Source: Mobula hypostoma
Taxonomy: Eukaryota
Assembly (NCBI RefSeq): GCF_963921235.1
Contig: NC_086108.1
Span: 16,368,001 to 16,432,000, forward strand
Direction of reading: 5' to 3'
DNA: 64,000 nt
Position 1 is the stretch's first letter, and each line of letters starts with the position of its first letter. Shown one piece after another: positions 36,860-49,248 of this stretch. The notes beneath the pieces are model-generated. The model was not told where the DNA came from and did no database searches. It was given only the letters and a program-made list of their open reading frames with translations. The position numbers and the translations under genes are program-made.

Positions 36860-37692
36860 ATCTCCCTTCACTCTTTCCCTTATGAGAAACTACCTGTGTC
36901 TTAAAAATAATAAAAGGCCCATTTTCTATCATCCTTTTGAAGAAGTTCAGTGGGCAGAACAGGCAGGCAGGTTAGGGATTATGGGAGGGCTGACAGGCTC
37001 AATACCATTTACTTAATGCAAATAGCCTTGAATGCAAGTCATTTGAGAGAGCATGAATCAGTACTTAGGATTCCAATATTATTGCAATGGCAATGTTCAT
37101 GAAGATAGGGAGGACTGGTAGTTTTGGGTACTGAAGTTTCAGATGTAAAACTTCTGAAAGTTTCACACTTGCACCATTTACCCAGTTTCATTTCCAAAGA
37201 TAAGATCAAGTACATCTCTTATTATGATAGGACTACCTACGTTATTTCTCCAAAAATACTTTGGGCACTCTTAAGAAATTCCACCTCATCTAAGTCCTTT
37301 GCACTAAGGCAGTCAAAGTCAATATTGGTAGAGCTAAAATCACTTAGCACTACAACCCTAACGCATTTGCACCTTCCTCTTTCAGATATAGCATTAAGGA
37401 GTATGAATGGAAGGAGGATGTGGAATTGGGCAAAAAAAATTCATTCACAGAGTATGTTGTTTTTCCCACAGTTAGTGTACATTTCTCATTTTACCAAAGT
37501 TACTTTAATGGGTCTCATACTTCAAACCAAACCCAACCCAAGGTCAACTGCACCCAATGCAGATTAACAGATGATTAATAAGGTCAGTCACAGTACTAAT
37601 GGATGCCATTTCATTAATAGGCATTGGTCAACATAATCCAAATCCAAAACACTGGCTAAGAAAGTCAAATTTGAGTACAGTTAGCTACTCAC

Positions 37693-37833
37693 TTGATGTG
37701 GCATTCCTCTCTCTCCTGGTTTTCAAGCTAGTGTCCACCTTACTTTCAGTTACCATCTTTGGTGCAGGTCCCAGAACCATTTTTACCAGTTTCTGGCCTT
37801 CACGCCAGGAAGCCGTGCTGATAACATGGGCAT
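37693..37833 (-). CDS. CEP350: CEP350 coding exon, 141 nt, phase 1->1
   Basis: Acceptor gattccag|AT GCC, donor TCA A|gtgag. Encodes AHVISTASWREGQKLVKMVLGPAPKM..., matching CEP350 ISTSSWRDGQKLVKKILGPAPRM. Confidence 0.92.
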
Positions 37834-38506
37834 CTGGAATCAATACACAGCATCAATAAATGTAAATACTCTATAAATTACTTAGCAGAAATTCATTCTG
37901 TACAGCTTAGACAAATTTTTAAAGCACATCCTCTTGGATGAAAGCACAATTAAACTCTCACTCCACAAATTTTAATGACAGCCAATACGGTTTCCCAGCA
38001 ATAGAACTGTAATCATTTTCATCATACCCAGCCATCTGTAAAGGTTGATATTGGGCAGCCAAAAGCAACAATTAAATTATATTCAACAAAAGTGATGTAA
38101 CAAAACACATTGATGAAGGTAGAGCAGTGAATGTAGTGTAATGGATTTCAGTAAGGCATTTGATAAGGTTCCCCATGCAAGGATACTTCAGAAAGTAAGG
38201 AGGCATGGGATCCAAGGAGACCTTGCTTTGTGCAACAGAAGGCAAAAGGTGGTTGTAGATGGTTCATATTCTGCATGGTGGTCAGTGACCAGTGGTGTTT
38301 CACAGGGATCTGTTCTAGTATCCCTCCTCTTTGTGATTTTTATAAATGACCTGGATGAAGAAGTAGAAGGATGGGTTAGTAAGTCTGCTGATGACACAAA
38401 GGTTGGGGGTGTTATGGATAGTCTGGAGGGTTGGCGGGACATCGATAGGATGCAGAACTGGGCTGAGAAGTGGCAGGTGGACTTCAAACCAGGTAAGTGT
38501 GAAGTG

Positions 38507-38610
38507 ACACACATCAAAGTTGCTGGTGAACAGAGCAGGCCAGGCAGCATCTATAGGAAGAGGTGCAGTCGACGTTTCAGGCCGAGACCCTTCGTCAGGA
38601 CTAACTGAAG
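38507..38610 (-). mobile_element. 104-bp Penelope-derived insertion (hammerhead plus 3' tail) inside CR1
   Basis: Flanked by GAAGTG at 38501-38506 and 38611-38616. Sequence matches 50743-50845. Confidence 0.82.
38567..38602 (-). ncRNA. Minimal type-I hammerhead ribozyme motif
   Basis: AGUC-CUGACGA-A-GGGUCUCGGCCU-GAAA-CG-UC-GACU, with a perfect stem I (AGUC/GACU). Confidence 0.82.
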
Positions 38611-39402
38611 GAAGTGGCTCAATTTGGTAGGTCCAATTTGAAAACAGAATATAATATAAATGTTAAGTCTCTTGGTAGTGTGGAGGATCTGAGAGTTCCT
38701 GGGGTTCGTGTCGATAGGTCACTCAAAGCTGCTGCACAGGTTGACAGTGATGTTAGGAAGGCGTACAGTGTGTTGGCATTCATCAACAATGGGATTGAAT
38801 TCAAGAGTCATGAGGTAAAGTTACAACTATATAAGACCTTGGTCAGACCTCATTTGGAGTAGTATGTACAGTTCTGGTCACCTCACTACAGGAAGAATGT
38901 GAATACTATACATAGAGTGCAGAGGAGATTTACAGGCATGCTGCCTAGATTGGGGAGCATGCCCTATGAGAATAGGTTGAGTAAACTTGGGCTTTTCTCC
39001 TTGGAGCGAGAGGATGAGAGGTGACCTGATCGAGGTGTTATAAGATGATGAGGGGCATTAATAGCCAGATGTTTTTTCCCCAGGGCTGAAGTGGCTAACA
39101 CAAGGGGGCATAGTTTTAAGGTACTTAGAAATGGGGACCAAGGGAATGTTAGGGGTAAGTTTTTCCACACAGAGGGTGGTGGGTGCATGGAATGCACTGC
39201 CGGTGGCGGTGGTGGAAGCAGATACAATTGGTCTTTAAAGAGCCTCTTAGATAGGTACATGAAGCTGAGAAAAATAGAGAACTATGCGCTAGGGAAATTC
39301 TAGGCAGCTTCTCGAGTAGGTTACATGGTCGCCACAACATTGAGGGCTGAAGAGCCTTTAATGTGCTGTAAATTTCTATGTTCTAAAGGTAAATTAGTGA
39401 CT

Positions 39403-42400
39403 CAGAATCAGGTTTAATATCACTGACATAAGTTGTGAAACTTGTTGTTTTGTGGTAGCAGTAAAATGCAAGACAAAAAAATTCGAAGTCAATAAGTAAA
39501 CAAACAAACAAATAAATAAAGATAAATAACGCTAAAGAGGAATAGTGAGGTACTAATCATGGACCCTTCAGAAATCTGTGACAGAGGGGACGAAGTTATT
39601 CCTAAAACTTTGAAGCTGGGTCTTCAAGTTCTTATACCTCCTTCCTGATACTAGTAATAATACAGTATGCCCCAGACAGCAAGGGTTCTTAATGATGGAT
39701 GTGCCATCTTTTGAAGATATCCTCAGTGGTGGAGAGGATTAAGCCCATGATGGAGCTGATTGAGTCATGTAGTCTATAACCTTTTGCAGCTTCTTACGAT
39801 CCTGTGCATTGGAACACCCATACCATCTAGTGATGCCATCAGTCAAATGTACACTTGGAAAAAATTGCTGCTGTCTTTGTCTTATCCTCAAAGTCCTAAT
39901 GAAATATAGCCTACGGCATGCATCAATATATTAGGCCCAGGATAGATCTTCAGATGTTGACACCCAGGAACTTGAAGGTGCTCAATGTTTCCATCACTGA
40001 CCTCTTGATGAGACCACAAGATTTAGGCACAGAAATAGGCTATTCAGCCCATCAGTCTGCTCTATATTTCCATCATGGCTGATTAATTATCCCCATCAAC
40101 CCAATTCTCCTGCCTTCTCCTCACAGCTTTTGACAACCTTTATGATCAAGGAGCTATCAACTAGCTTTCCTTTTAAATATACCCAATCACTTGACCTCTA
40201 TAGCCGCCTATGGAAATGAATTCCACAGATTTACCACCCTCTGGCTAAATAAATTCCTCTTCATTTGTTCCAAAGGGACAAATCTCTATTCTGAGGCTGT
40301 GCCCTCTGGTCCTAGGCTCACCCACTATAAGAAGTATCTACACTATCTAGACCTGGATTTCAATGAGATTCCACCCCACCACCATAGACAGAGTATACTA
40401 TTTAAACAATCACAGTCTCTGTTCAAGAAAGTATGTGAACCTCTGGTGTAATGCCTTACAAAAGCTATTTGGAGTCAGGAGTTCCAATCAATGAGATGAG
40501 ATTGGAATCAGAATCTGGTTTATTATCACCGACATGAGATGTGAAATTTGTTAACTTAGCAGCAGCAGTTCAATGCAATACATAATCTAGCAGAGAGAGA
40601 AACAATAAATAAAATAAAACATAATAAACAAGTACATCAATTACATATATTGAATAGATTATTAAAAATGTGCAAAAACAGAAATACTGTATGTTATAGA
40701 GATACCCTGCCCTGTAAAATAAAACACACACACACACCCACCAAGTCAGGTTACTGACAATGCTTGCTCTTCTCAACTAATATCTGCTTATGTGTTCCAT
40801 TCCTCGATCAAAACAATTTTCAGAGGACAATGGAAGAATTGTAGAGATGCATGAAGCTGGAAAAGGCTACAAATGCATTTCAAAAGACCCGAGTGTCCAG
40901 CACTCCACAGTAAGATAAATTGTCTACAAATGGAAGAAATTCATTACTATTGCTATCTCTCCCTAGGAGTAGGCGTCTTGCAAAGATCACACCAAAAGCA
41001 CAACATGTAATGCTGAAGGTGATGAAAAAAAACCCAAGGATAACAGCAAAAGACATGCAGAAATCTCTAGAACTTGCTGAAGTCTCTGTTCATGTGTCCA
41101 CCATTAACAAAAACTGTATTCATGGAAGGACACAACAGAAGAAACCACTGTTCTCCAGAAAAAAACATTGCTATTGCACATCTCAAGTTTGCAAAAGATC
41201 ACCTGGATGTTTCACAATGTTTCTGAGACAACGTTCTTTGGACAGATGACACAAAAGTTGAACTTTTTGGAAGAAATACACACTGCTACGTTTGGTAGAA
41301 AAAGGGCACTGCACATCAACACCAAATCTCACCCCAACTGTGAAGCATGTTGGAAGGAGCATCATGGTTTGGGGCTGCTTTGCTACTTCAGGACCTTGAC
41401 AGCTTGCAATCATTGAAGGAGCAATTAATTCAAAATTGAATCAAGATATTTTACTGGAGAATGTCAGGGTAGCAGTACATCACCTGAGAATTAATAAACG
41501 TTGGATGATACAACAATACAATGATTCGAAACAGAAGAGTAAATCAACAACAGAATGGTTTAAAAAGAAGAAAATTTGTGTTTTGGAATGGCCAAGTCAG
41601 AGTCCAATTAACCCAATTGAGATACTGTGGCAGGACCTGAAGAGGGCTGTTCATGCAAGGTATCCCAGAAATATTGAGAACTGAAAGAGTTTTGTTTGGA
41701 GGAGAGGTCTAAATGGACTAAGGAGGTTCTACCAGTATTAAATGCAAACGTCCACTGTGAATGATTAAACAATGTATTCAATAAAGACACGAAAAGTACA
41801 ATTGTTTGTGTGTTATTAGTTCAGGCAGATGGTGTTTGTCTATTGTTGTGACTTAGATTATGATTACACATTTTATGAGTAATTAATGCAGACAATCAGG
41901 TAAATGCAAAAGGTTCACAAACTTTTTTCTTGCAACTGTATCTCACTCCTGTATTATCTCCTCAGATTCTGACAAGTGGTGGCATCGGCAAATTTACAGA
42001 TGCCATATAGCTGCTCTGAATTATACAGCCGAGAGAGTACAGCAGTAGGCTAAACACATATCCTTGACCTACACTTGTGTTGTCAGTGAGAAGGAAATAT
42101 TATTACTGATCCAAACTGACTGCAGCCTCCTAATGAGGAAGTCAAGGATCCAGTTGCATAGGGAGGTAGAGAAGCCCAGGCTTTAAAGCTTGCTGATTAG
42201 TACTGATGGAATGATGGTGTTAAGCACTGTGCTATAATCAATAAATAGCAGCTTGATATATACAGAATATTGCTGTTGTTCAGGTAAAAGCCAAGTGAAG
42301 AGCCAGTGAGGTTGCTTCTGAAATTGACTTGCTGAAGTGGTAGGCAATTTGCAGCAGGTCCACATCATTGTTCAGGCGGGAGTTAGCCACGAGCAACCTC

Positions 42401-42505
42401 TCAAAGCACTTCACCACATTAGATGTGTGTGCCACTGGGCGATAGTTTTTCCAATCAGCTCACTCTGCTCTTTTTGGGCACCAGTATGATTGATGCCCTT
42501 TTGAA
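39403..42505 (-). mobile_element. Old Rex1/Babar-type LINE (pieces about 39403-40010 and 41940-42505), hosting CR1 and Tc1 insertions
   Basis: IKLLFIDYSTVLNTIIPSVLISKL in the upper piece. 3' UTR resembles 26564-26900. A CR1 tail fragment lies at about 40015-40375. Confidence 0.65.
40413..41938 (+). mobile_element. Tc1-family transposon (degenerate), containing a Rex1 3'-tail insertion at about 40506-40695
   Basis: ORFs with KKNPRITAKD and WPSQSPINPIEILWQDLKRAVHAR. Right end ...TTCTTGCAACTG|TA. Confidence 0.8.
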
Positions 42506-43526
42506 TGCTCCTATCCCTGAAGGAACCTATTCATTTCTTACATGTTCTGCACTCACTTATAAATTCTATATTCTCAACAATCTTTGTCATACTTGGTCAT
42601 AATCATGGTACATTTGAGCTTTGAACTAGCTTTAGAAGGGAAATTGTGGGCATTAATTCAAAATGGATGAAATCAAATTGGCAGAATGTCCTTCTAAATA
42701 GCACAAAATCTGTATCCTATTGGACCATAATGGCTCGTAAAATTTTTGTTTTCTCTATTTATATTAGACAGTCTTTTTGCCAGTGCAGGGGAGTCCAGAA
42801 ATAGAAGGCACTTTAAGGTGAGGAACGAAATTGAAAGGAGATCTGAATGAGTAAGCTTTTCCAGAGAGGGTGGAGAGTATTTGGAATAAGTTGTCAAAGG
42901 TGATGGTTTGGGCAAATACAATTACATTTAGAAGGCATTTGGACAGGTAGTTAGATACGAAAGGCAAAGAGGGATACGGGCCTAATACAGGTAAATGGGA
43001 GTAGGATAAATGGGCATCATGGTCATTATTAGATGGACCAAAAGGGCCCATTTCTGTGCTGTATAATTCTGATTCTCTGGCTAACACAGCATAACTTATG
43101 AAATGAAACTACACTGTGACTTCAAGAGGAGCACTTTTGCTACAGGATGAGGCAACTGAAGAGGATTTTGTTTTTCAGTTTTGCAATATTGTGCAGCATC
43201 ACATCAAACAGGCATGGAGATTGCTTTCTGATTATATTTCATTTTCTTTCAACTACCAAGTAAGAGTTAATCTACAATGAACAAATTTGGAAGTAGTGGA
43301 AGCAGTAAAGACAAAGTGTGGGCTGAGGAATTCAATGCCCAACATCAGAAAAGGCTCAGAGAGCCATCAGTGACCAACCAACCAAGACCCATTGGACATA
43401 ACAACCAGATACTGCCCATGGCAGGTGTTTGAACAAAGAAAAAAAGCAGTGAACTAATTGATCTCGTCCTCGCCCAGGTGCAGGTGCACTTGTTCCTGAC
43501 AGTATTGGTAGAGGTGACTACTCCAG

Positions 43527-44463
43527 TGTAACACGCTGTAAGGTTTCACTGTTAATGTAATGGCTTCTCTGTAATGTTCCACTGCTAAGGTAATGGTTTC
43601 TCTGTAGCAGCAATGTTTGGGTTATGGTTAGAGATAATGGGGAATGTTAGTCAATGAGCGGATGTTGTTCTTTTTCGAGCTGGGAATCCGTGGTCTTTTG
43701 CTGGGGAGAGATGAGGAGAGAAGACGCGGATGGAGAGAGTTGGTAGACCATCGGACGTAGTGGACTTGGAGCAAGGGTGTGAAGGTCAGCGATGATCGGA
43801 GGCGGTCAAAGGTGGACGAACAGCCATATCAGTGTTTCATCTTGTATACGATTTGTTATTTCATGGTACTGATTTGTAACAGGGGACACATCACACAGCA
43901 TTCACCCAAACGAGATTTCTTAAGTATGGCCGGGACGGGGGCTATCATCCCCTATGTTAAGCCGCTAGCCAAACCTAGAGTTACAATTGTGGAGGCTACA
44001 TTCGGGATTGATTCTGTTGGATGCTGTGTGATTACCCTGAGCATTGAACCAGTGGGGTAGATATTCGTACTCTGGATTAATTGTTAATTCGCCTGTTAAG
44101 TACTGTTAAAGTTGCGATTGCTGGGCGGAGGTTTGATAAAATGGCAGGCACAGCTCTCGTTTTAATGCAGACCAGCGGTGACGTAGTGGTAGCTGGGGTG
44201 GAGATTTCAAAGTCAGGGTTCTATCGTTTCTGAGGAGTGAGGGGAAGGAGTGGTCAGATTTGGAATGTCTAATTAGTCCACGTACCCCAGTGAAGAGTGA
44301 GAATTCTGAGTTAGCATCCACCCTTACCGCTCTGGCGAATATGTGGAAAAATCAGGTTCAAAGTCCCAGCTATGGTAGGCCCCACCTATTCTCTGGAATG
44401 GCCACCCCAAAAGGGGAGGAGGAGTATGAGACTTGGGCCTAGCGGGCCTCTCAGTTGTTAGAT
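43527..44463 (+). mobile_element. Gypsy LTR retrotransposon 5' part: LTR (43527-43985), PBS-like site and PNMA-like gag remnant
   Basis: TGTAAC...GTTACA termini, followed by TGGAGGCTACATTCGGGAT (resembles the tRNA-Pro PBS), then SYGRPHLFSGMATPKGEEEYETWA (PNMA/Gypsy gag motif). Truncated. Confidence 0.75.
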
Positions 44464-45000
44464 TCCCATTCCCATTCTGACATGTCTATCCACGGCCTCC
44501 TCTACTGTAAAGATGAAGCCACACTCAGGTTGGAGGAACAACACCTTATACTCCATCTGGGTAGCCTCCAACCTGATGGTATGAACACTGACTTCTCTAA
44601 CTTCCACTAATGCCCCACCTCCCCCTCGTACCCCATCCGTTATTTATTTTTATACACACATTCTTTCTCTCACTCTCCTTTTTCTCCCTCTGTCCCTCTG
44701 ACTATACCCCTTGCCCATCCTCTGGGTCCCCCCCCCCAACTTTTCCTTCTCCCTGGGCCTCCTGTCCCATGATCCTCTCATATCCCCTTTGCCAATCACC
44801 TGTCCAGCTCTTAGCTCCATCCCTCCCCCTCCTGTCTTCTCCTATCATTTTGGATCTCCCCCTTCCCCTCTCAAATCTCTTACTAGCTCTTCCTTCAGTT
44901 AGTCCTGACGAAGGGTCTCGGCCTGAAACATCGACTGTACCTCTTCCTAGAGACGCTGCCTGGCCTGCTGCATTCACCAGCAACTTTGATATGTGTTGCT
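44464..45000 (+). mobile_element. Penelope-like (Neptune-type) 3' fragment
   Basis: Reverse complement of about 50740-51275. Encodes the GIY-YIG end (LEEQHLILHLGSLQPDGMN). Confidence 0.88.
44901..44936 (+). ncRNA. Hammerhead ribozyme motif with a mutated stem III palindrome
   Basis: AGUC-CUGACGA-A-GGGUCUCGGCCU-GAAA-CA-UC-GACU (CG to CA relative to the other copies). Confidence 0.65.
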
Positions 45001-45380
45001 AACATATAGTAAAAGCAGGAATGGTATGATAAATACACAGCATATATAAAGTAGAAATAATGTATGTACAGTGTGGGGAAAAAAAAAAATCGGCACATAC
45101 ACGCATGTCACGCGTGTGCACACAGGTGCCCGTGCAAGGCTTCATGGTCATGGTAGTCTTTCCTGGGGTAAACACAAGTGTCCCAGGATTTGACTGCTAA
45201 TTTTGTCCCTTATTTGGAAGTGAGAAAGTTGGCAACCCTAACTGTAAAAGACATGCTGAGGTAAGTTTAACCCTACTTGAACACCTCCGCCCCCACCCCC
45301 ACTCCAGGTCAGCTGGTCCACAAGAATAATATTGTCAATATTAAATTGGTCCGCGGTGCAAAAAAGGTTGGGGACCTCTG
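45001..45380. mobile_element. Composite non-autonomous DNA transposon fragment (Tigger-MITE-like interior plus hAT-like ends)
   Basis: 45001-45178 is the reverse complement of the interior of 14331-14873. It is followed by TGGCAACCCTA (45230-45240) and the Charlie-like terminus GGTCCGCGGTGCAAAAAAGGTTGGGGACCTCTG. Confidence 0.6.
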
Positions 45381-45384
45381 GCTT

Positions 45385-45770
45385 AGAGGAGCCCATGGCT
45401 GCTGATTGTTGGGACAAGGTTTGAGGAGTCAGGGTATTTATAAAGCTTTGTAATTTGCATCACCTGGCCTATCCTAATGATGACTGAACAAGCCATAGCC
45501 CTAACAAGCTAATTAAGGTCTGAGAACTTGGTAAAAGAGTTCAAATCTCTCAGGGTGCCCAAACTTCTGCATGGTGCTCCTTTCCTTCTTTTTTCCCCCA
45601 CTCCAAAATTGTACAAAACAAAAATAATACAATAATCTTGCTTAAAATGTTGAAAAGAGTGTTTCATCTTTAACTTTATGACTTTTGGAGATCAGTTCAC
45701 CTCCTACTCACTTAACTATTCACAGTAACAGAAATTTTGACCGGGGTGCCCAAACTTGTGCATGCCACTG
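45385..45770 (-). mobile_element. Tc1 left-end fragment, same family as 19566-21192
   Basis: Reverse complement of 19566 to about 19957 (TIR, DR, ATGGGCTCCTCT). Ends CACTG|TA. Confidence 0.88.
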
Positions 45771-45771
45771 T

Positions 45772-47285
45772 ATCTTAAGAAAACTTTTGGTATCCTCTTT
45801 CATACTATAGGGTAGCTTACCTTCATATTTCATCTTTTCTCTCCTTATTGCTCTTTTAGTAGCCTTATGTTGGTTTTCAAAAGTTTCCCAATCATCTAGC
45901 CTTCCAATAATTTTTGCTATATTACATGTCCTCTCTTTTGCTTTTATGCTGCCTTAAACTTCCCCTGTCAGCCACAGTTGCCTCATCCTCCCTTGGAATA
46001 CTTCTTTGGGATGAATCTATCCAGCACCTTCCCAGAAACTCCAGCTGTTGCTACTCTGACATCAACCCTACCAAAGTGTCCCCTTCTAATCAACTTTGCT
46101 CATCTGTTCTCCCATGCCTGTGTAATTCCCTTTACACCACTGTAATTCTGATTCATCTGACTTTAGATTCTCCTTCTGAAACTGCAGAGTGAGTTCTAAT
46201 ATATTATCACTACCTCCTGCGGGTTCCTTTACCTTACCCTCCAAAATCAAATCTGGTTCATAACACAGCATCTTACTCAAAATTGCCTTTTCTCTGGGGG
46301 ACTCAATCACAAAGTGCTCTGAAAAGCCATCTTGTAGGCCTTCCACAAACTCCTTCTCTTGGGATCTAACACCATCTTAATTTTTCCCAATCTATGTGCG
46401 TATTGAAATCCCCCATGACTATTGCAGCATTGCCCTTTCGACATGCCTTTTCTATTTCTCGTTGCAATTTGTACCTGAAATCCTGGCTACTGTTTGGAGG
46501 CCTGTATACAACTCCCATCAGGATCTTTTTACCCTTGCACTTTCTTAACTCCACCCACAAGGATTCTACATCTTCTGATCCAATGTCACATCTTTCGAAG
46601 GATTTGATTTAAATTTTTAGCCAGAGCCAACCCGCCCCTTCTGCCTACCTGCCTGTTCTTTCAATACATGTATCCTTAGCTGTTAAGCTCCCAACTGTGA
46701 TCTTCTTTCAGCCAAATCTCAGTGATGCCCGCATTGTCATACCTGCCAATTTCTAACTGTGCTACAAGATCATCTACCTTATTCCATATACTGCTTGCAT
46801 TCAAATTTAACACCTTCAGTCCTGTATTCAACACAGGTTTCAATTTTGCCCCTATGTTATTGGAAATTAAATTCTCATCTCTTTCTAAACTTTTTGTCTT
46901 TTTAATTATTCTGGAGGCACTCATAACCTCTCCTGCACTTTCTTTTCCCTTTATTTTCACTTTTCCAAATTGTTGAACCCACTTCCCCCCCTCAATATTT
47001 AGTTTAAAGATGCACTTCAACACACCTCAAGGATCAGGTATAACCCATTCTTTTTGTACAGGTCATACATTCACCAAAAGAGATCTTAATGAATCAGAAA
47101 TCTGAAACCCTCCTCCTTGCACCAGTTCCCTCAGCCACGCATTAATCTGTCAAATCATCTGGCATGTGGCACAGGCAGCAATCCAAAGATTACTATTTTT
47201 AAGGTCCTGCTTTTCATCTTTACACCGAACTCCCTATATTCTCTCATCAGGACCTCATCCCTTTCCTACCTATGTCGTTGGTATT
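45772..47285 (-). mobile_element. CR1 LINE ORF1 end, APE endonuclease and ORF2 start (degenerate)
   Basis: LKVLNLNASSIWNK, GITEIWL, GVVYRPPNS and IVMGDFN. Confidence 0.82.
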
Positions 47286-49248
47286 AATATGTAGCATGAT
47301 TTCTGTCTGTTTCCACCCCCCGCCCCCCACACTTTAGAATATTGTGGACCCAATCTGAGACGTCCCTCACCCAAGCCTCTCGCACTTTGCTATTCAAAAC
47401 TAACTTGCTTATCTCTTTACTAGATCTTAGGAAAGATCCCAAAACATTTAACAGTTGTTGTTTTTCCTTTTCCAAAGATGCTGGTTGACAAGCTGTCTGT
47501 GTGCAGCACTTTCTCCTTAAACAATATCAAAATTATCCTCTTATTGACCACATCTCTAGAGATTTATACAATAGAAAGAAGCCACTAAAAGTCCACTCTG
47601 CTGCATACTTTCTTTCAGACTGGAGGCTATTTATAGCAAGTGGCAAGCCATCCATAAACAGTAGAATGTGCTGCCACATATCACCCCACTCCCCCGAGTT
47701 TCTTTACAAAGGCATGACATACAACATGTTTGGCTCACGACTGCAGGCTTTCGCTATATTTAGCTGGCAGACTTAATTCCAAAGGTTTGCACAAGTGCTT
47801 ACTTTACCAAAGCCACTTCAATAAGCAAAGAATACACACAAGGACCAGGGCAGTTCCCAGAAGAAACTACAACCCACTTTTAACCTGTCTTAGTTTGGAA
47901 AGAATTACATAACACTGTGTAGGCAGTTAATATCTTAATACTTTGGAATTTTCAATGCATTCTCCATATAGAAAGTAAATCCTTTCTAAAATAAGGAAAT
48001 CATAATTGGGTACCACACTCTAGGAATAATCCTACCAAAGCCCTATATAATTTTAGTAAGACCCCTTTAATCCTGTATACAAATCCCCTCACAATAAAAG
48101 GCCCCAATCTCTTGTTGAACTGGCACATTGGCATTCAACTATTTGTGTTCAAAGGCACTTAGATGTCTGAGTATTTGAGTATCAGCATTTCAGAATCTGT
48201 CACCACTTTTAAAATTTACTCTGCTTTTTTGTTTTGCTAAAGGTATGACCTCACATTTTTTACCTCAGCCCTACTTTTGCTATACAAACTCCATATCCTT
48301 TTATTTCCTTACCTTGAACATACTCAGCAATTGAGCCTCCAAGCTATCCAGGGTGGAGAATTTCAAAGATTCACATCTGGGTTAAACCATTTCTAATCTT
48401 CATCCTGAATAGGCAACCACTTATTTTGAGACTACACTATTGTGGATGTGATGGTTGCTATTGTGGCTGCACAGCTTTCCCCAAACTTAAACGTTTCTCT
48501 TAGAACAAGCTCAATAATATTCAGTGGCCAGCTCTTGCAACAGGAGGTGATGCAAGAGAATGTAGGGTTAGACAATTGGTCAGTACGTGGAACTAGAGTC
48601 CTCAGCACAGTCAATGCTAGCCAGGGCGGAGTTTCAAACACCACATCTCAACATTGAGCAACCATATCACTCACCCCTACCTGCAGAAATTACCCAAATA
48701 AGCTCTCACAAGCAGCCCTTGAACATTGCCTTGTGAGCCAGCACCTTATTACTGTGGAAGCTCCAGAGGCAGGGATTCATATAGTAGATTCATAAGAGTT
48801 GGGATCTGCACAAGGCTCCCAGCACACTGGTATTGCTAGAAACACCTCTCTCCCCCTCTTTGTCTGACAAGAACCCCATATACACTTTTATTTCTGAGTG
48901 GGGGAAAAACTGGCATGTAATGTTAAAAAGATGGTTGTCTCAGTAAATGGAAGAATGGAGATACTCAAAATCTGAAATAAAATTGAAACTATTGGAAAGA
49001 CTCAACAGATTAGGCAATATTTGTGGAAAAGGAAGCAGTTAACAGTTTGGGTTGAAGACCCTTGAAGGATTAAGTATGACAAGGGATTTCATTGATGATG
49101 CCTTGGAGAGAAGCTATAAAAGGAGCTGTGAAATCATCTGATCTATGGGACAGTTAGGAGAGAACACACACCTTTTGTTTATAAAAGCTACCAAGTGAGC
49201 AATTAGAGTGAGAACACTGACAGAGATATGAAAGTTGTGAAATACAGG

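Larger units (their letters stand above)
38101..39385 (+). mobile_element. CR1 LINE 3' portion
   Basis: MDFSKAFDKVPH, GVSQGSVL, KSADD and VRPHLE. TTTCTATGTTCTA tail. Confidence 0.88.
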
